Positions 60,880 to 64,000 of a DNA stretch of 64,000 bases are shown here, one piece after another. The notes under the pieces are model-generated. The model was not told the origin of the DNA, made no database searches, and was given only the letters and a program-made list of their open reading frames with translations. The stretch is from Actinomycetota bacterium (GTDB lineage Bacteria; Actinomycetota; Actinomycetes; S36-B12; UBA5976): contig JAPLBY010000029.1 of assembly GCA_026392515.1 (NCBI GenBank), positions 13,493-77,492 on the forward strand. The letters run 5' to 3'. Every line of letters begins with the position of its first letter. Position 1 is the first letter of the stretch. The position numbers and the translations under genes are program-made.

Positions 60880-60952
60880 TAGCCCCGACGGGATTCGAAC
60901 CCGCGCTACCGCCTTGAGAGGGCGGCGTGCTAGGCCGCTACACAACGGGGCC
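60880..60952 (-). tRNA. tRNA-Glu (anticodon CTC), no encoded CCA
   Basis: Reverse complement is GGCCCCGTTGTGTAGCGGCCTAGCACGCCGCCCTCTCAAGGCGGTAGCGCGGGTTCGAATCCCGTCGGGGCTA. Anticodon stem CCGCC/GGCGG, loop CTCTCAA, T-loop TTCGAAT. Confidence 0.88.
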
Positions 60953-61005
60953 GCACCAGTTCACAATAACGTAGATTGGGCCAAGTTCTAAATGCCCAGT
61001 ATTAA

Positions 61006-61725
61006 CTAGCCGCGTGCTTTGAGTGAATCACTAATGCGATTAGCGGCTGTCATTACAGCGATGCCATGAATTCGACCCGGAGTACGCGTCAAGCGTTCGA
61101 TTGGTCCAGAGATAGATACTGCAGCGATGACTTTGCCGTTGGCACTTCGAATCGGCGCACTAACAGACGCAACTCCTGGTTCGCGCTCACCGAGGGATTG
61201 TGCCCAACCGCGACGTCTGACAGCTGATAAATCTGAGGCTGTGAACTTAGCGCCTTGAATTCCGCGGTGAAGTCGATCTGGTTCTTCCCATGCGAGCAAG
61301 ATTTGAGCAGCAGAACCTGCGGACATAGTCAGTCCAACACCAACAGGAACTGTGTCCCGTAAACCTGTCATACGTTCAGCGGCAGCAACACAGATTCGCT
61401 GATCACCTTGTCGACGATAGAGCTGAGCACTTTCTTTGGTGGCATCACGCAGTGCGATCAAGATCGGATTAGCAATGGCTAGCAGTTTGTCTTCGCCGGC
61501 AGCGCCAGCTAATTCGCCTACGCGTGGACCAAGTACGAATCGACCATTGATGTCCCGAGCCACTAAGCGATGGTGCTCAAGAGCAGTTGCCAGACGGTGC
61601 GCAGTAGGGCGGGCCAAGCCAGTGGCTGCAACTAATCCAGCCAATGTCAGCGGTCCGGATTCCAAAGCGTCCAGAATGTGGGCAGCTTTATCCAGAACAC
61701 CTACACCGCTACTAATATCGTCCAT
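61006..61725 (-). CDS. IclR-family transcriptional regulator (LtbR/NdgR-type, divergent from leuCD)
   Basis: N-terminal wHTH (VLDKAAHILDALESGPLTLAGLVAATGLARPTAHRL) plus an IclR effector domain. Conserved divergent position to leuC. A TTG alternative start lies at 61761. Confidence 0.8.
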   Translation of the reverse strand: MDDISSGVGVLDKAAHILDALESGPLTLAGLVAATGLARPTAHRLATALEHHRLVARDINGRFVLGPRVGELAGAAGEDKLLAIANPILIALRDATKESAQLYRRQGDQRICVAAAERMTGLRDTVPVGVGLTMSAGSAAQILLAWEEPDRLHRGIQGAKFTASDLSAVRRRGWAQSLGEREPGVASVSAPIRSANGKVIAAVSISGPIERLTRTPGRIHGIAVMTAANRISDSLKARG

Positions 61726-61786
61726 GTACTGATATTGGTATCTCGAATAGTGAGATGTCAAAATTGCTACTCAACAGGAGGCAGTT

Positions 61787-63199
61787 ATGGGACGCACATT
61801 GGCACAAAAGGTTTGGGACGACCACGTAGTTCGTCGCGCCGAAGGTGAACCGGACTTACTTTATATCGATCTGCACCTGACTCATGAGGTCACAAGCCCA
61901 CAGGCTTTCGATGGTTTGCGTGCTGCTGGTCGCCCAGTTCGACGCAAAGACTTAACTATTGCCACTGAAGATCACAACGTGCCAACAACTGACATCGACA
62001 AACCAATTGTTGATCCAATCAGTCGCGCCCAGATTGATGCACTTCGCATCAACACCAAAGAATTTGGAATTGAAAACTACGAACTTGGAAACAAGGAACA
62101 AGGAATTGTTCACATCATTGCGCCACAGTCCGGGCTAACTCAGCCAGGTATGACAATTGTTTGCGGTGACTCACACACTTCAACGCATGGCGCCTTTGGT
62201 TCAATCGGAATGGGTATCGGCACAAGTGAAGTTGAGCATGTGCTGGCAACTCAGACTTTGCCTCTTAAGCCTTTCAAGACCATGGCAATCACAGTCAACG
62301 GCAAACTTCCAGCTGGCGTAACTTCAAAAGATTTAATTTTGGCAATCATTGCTGAAATTGGAACTGGCGGCGGACAGGGTTACATCCTTGAATACCGTGG
62401 TGAAGCAATTCGCGCATTGTCCATGGAAGGTCGCATGACAATGTGCAACATGAGCATCGAAGCTGGCGCTCGCGCTGGCATGATCGCGCCAGACGAAACT
62501 ACTTTCGAATACGTTAAGGGACGCGAGCACGCACCTAAGGGCGCTGACTGGGACGCTGCAGTTGCTTATTGGAAGACCTTGCCAACTGATGACGACGCAG
62601 TGTTTGATCGCGAAGTAATCATTGACGCAACCAAGCTCAGCCCATTTGTAACTTGGGGAACTAACCCAGGTCAGGGCGCTCCGCTTTCGGCAAATGTGCC
62701 AAGTCCAGATGACTTCACAGATGAAGTCGACAAGAAGGCAACTGAAAAGGCTCTTGAGTACATGGACCTAAAAGCTGGAATGCCGATTCGCGACATCAAA
62801 ATCGACACTGTGTTTATCGGATCTTGCACCAACGGCCGCATCGAAGATCTTCGCGCAGCCGCAGACATCCTTAAGGGCAAAAAGATCGCTGATGGCATGC
62901 GCATGATGGTTGTGCCAGGTTCGGTACGCGTTCGCCTGGAAGCAATGGCTGAAGGTTTAGACAAGGTCTTCCTTGAAGCTGGCGCTGAATGGCGCGAGGC
63001 AGGTTGCTCAATGTGTCTTGGTATGAACCCAGACAAGCTAACGCCAGGTGAGCGCAGCGCTTCAACATCTAACCGAAACTTTGAAGGACGCCAAGGTCCT
63101 GGTGGACGCACTCACTTAGTGTCACCAGCCGTTGCTGCTGCAACTGCAATCCGCGGCACACTTTCATCCCCAGCTGATCTTGTAGGGAGTTCAAACTAA
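61787..63199 (+). CDS. leuC: 3-isopropylmalate dehydratase large subunit
   Basis: AGGAGG RBS. Aconitase-family motifs VCGDSHT, GSCTNGR and CSMCLGMN. Confidence 0.95.
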   Translation: MGRTLAQKVWDDHVVRRAEGEPDLLYIDLHLTHEVTSPQAFDGLRAAGRPVRRKDLTIATEDHNVPTTDIDKPIVDPISRAQIDALRINTKEFGIENYELGNKEQGIVHIIAPQSGLTQPGMTIVCGDSHTSTHGAFGSIGMGIGTSEVEHVLATQTLPLKPFKTMAITVNGKLPAGVTSKDLILAIIAEIGTGGGQGYILEYRGEAIRALSMEGRMTMCNMSIEAGARAGMIAPDETTFEYVKGREHAPKGADWDAAVAYWKTLPTDDDAVFDREVIIDATKLSPFVTWGTNPGQGAPLSANVPSPDDFTDEVDKKATEKALEYMDLKAGMPIRDIKIDTVFIGSCTNGRIEDLRAAADILKGKKIADGMRMMVVPGSVRVRLEAMAEGLDKVFLEAGAEWREAGCSMCLGMNPDKLTPGERSASTSNRNFEGRQGPGGRTHLVSPAVAAATAIRGTLSSPADLVGSSN

Positions 63200-63786
63200 T
63201 GGATAAATTCACAGTTCACACCGGCACTGCTGCACCACTTCGAGAGAGCAATGTCGATACCGACCAGATCATTCCGGCGGAATACCTAAAGCGCATCACT
63301 CGCCATGGCTTCGAAGATGGTTTGTTTAACTCCTGGCGTAAAGATGCAAACTTTGTGCTTAACCGTCCGGCTTATCAAGGCGTAAGTGTTTTGGTTGCAG
63401 GTCCTGATTTTGGAACTGGTTCGAGTCGCGAGCACGCAGTATGGGCACTTATGGATTACGGCTTCAAAGTTGTGATCTCATCGCGCTTTGCTGACATCTT
63501 CCGCGGCAACTCAGGCAAGCAAGGCCTATTAACTGCAGTAGTTGAACAAAGCGCCGTAGAGCAACTTTGGAAGATTATTGAAGAAGAGCCAAGCACACCG
63601 GTGACTGTGGACCTAGATGCCCAGGTAATCACTGCTGCCGGCTTCACAACCAAGTTTGAGGTCGATAGCTACGTCAGATGGCGCCTAATGGAGGGCCTAG
63701 ATGACATTGGCCTGACGCTTAAGCACGTCGATGAGATCACGGCCTTTGAGGCAAAACGACCTAGTTTTAAGCCCACCACGATCTAA
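63199..63786 (+). CDS. leuD: 3-isopropylmalate dehydratase small subunit
   Basis: Start overlaps the leuC stop. [13 protein letters not shown] motif. Confidence 0.95.
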   Translation: MDKFTVHTGTAAPLRESNVDTDQIIPAEYLKRITRHGFEDGLFNSWRKDANFVLNRPAYQGVSVLVAGPDFGTGSSREHAVWALMDYGFKVVISSRFADIFRGNSGKQGLLTAVVEQSAVEQLWKIIEEEPSTPVTVDLDAQVITAAGFTTKFEVDSYVRWRLMEGLDDIGLTLKHVDEITAFEAKRPSFKPTTI

Positions 63787-63803
63787 ATCACCCCAATATC
63801 GGC

Positions 63804-63831
63804 AAAAAATCCCAAGAAATTGGGATTTTTT
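63804..63831. terminator. Bidirectional rho-independent terminator after leuD
   Basis: AAAAAATCCCAA-GAAA-TTGGGATTTTTT. Confidence 0.85.
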
Positions 63832-63857
63832 GCATTTCTTGGGCGTGTCAGGCTAAA

Positions 63858-63943
63858 AACCCTTGATTTTGAGCCGTAAAGTCACAAGTGAGCCAGGCGG
63901 GGAAGCCTGGAACAACTCAAAGGTGCGTTAATTCGCAAGGGTT
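63858..63943. ncRNA. Candidate structured RNA or leader of unknown class (three nested helices)
   Basis: AACCCTTG/CAAGGGTT (63858-65/63936-43) encloses TTTGAG/CTCAAA (63868-73/63916-21), which encloses CCAGGC-GGGGAA-GCCTGG (63893-63910). The strand is undetermined. Confidence 0.25.
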
Positions 63944-64000
63944 AATGACAAAAAAGATCGCCGGCATTCATCAATGGAGGTCGGGTAACTATGGAGGATC

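Noticed and set aside
59420-61005. The tRNA-flanked lldD segment considered as a genomic islet or integrative element.
   Set aside because: There is no integrase or recombinase, no repeat of the tRNA-Gln or tRNA-Glu 3' end, and the segment holds a single metabolic gene. It is reported only as a synteny oddity.

Overview
This window reads as a densely packed, entirely chromosomal core segment of an Actinomycetota genome with moderate GC by eye. The taxon call rests on gene order: atpBEFHAGDC, then a PduO-type adenosyltransferase and murA; iscS-mnmA, a MetE-like gene, ligA, gatCAB; ilvBNC, serA, leuB-ilvE-cimA; gltX, tRNA-Gln/tRNA-Glu, an IclR regulator, leuCD. I call about 60 intact protein genes, 2 tRNAs and 3 clear intrinsic terminators. 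I see no CRISPR array, IS element, integrase, phage gene, recognisable defence system or toxin-antitoxin pair, and I cannot point to a convincing new multi-gene system. The observations most worth a second look are regulatory or at domain level. (1) A 13-codon leader ORF with three consecutive Leu codons runs into a strong hairpin upstream of leuA, a candidate Leu attenuator. (2) A stand-alone NIL-domain protein is translationally coupled to leuA. (3) A tightly coupled unit joins a proline-racemase-superfamily protein with Ser/Thr instead of Cys/Cys, a cytochrome P450 and an HhH-GPD glycosylase. (4) A NadR-like protein lacks its Walker-A lysine. (5) SerA lacks the ASB/ACT regulatory domains at a synteny breakpoint. 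(6) A YibE/F membrane protein with a His-rich N-terminus is fused operonically to ilvD. (7) Three nested helices lie in the non-coding stretch after leuD. (8) Convergent genes routinely abut or overlap with no room for terminators. Functional calls come from motif reading of the supplied translations plus synteny; no database search was run.
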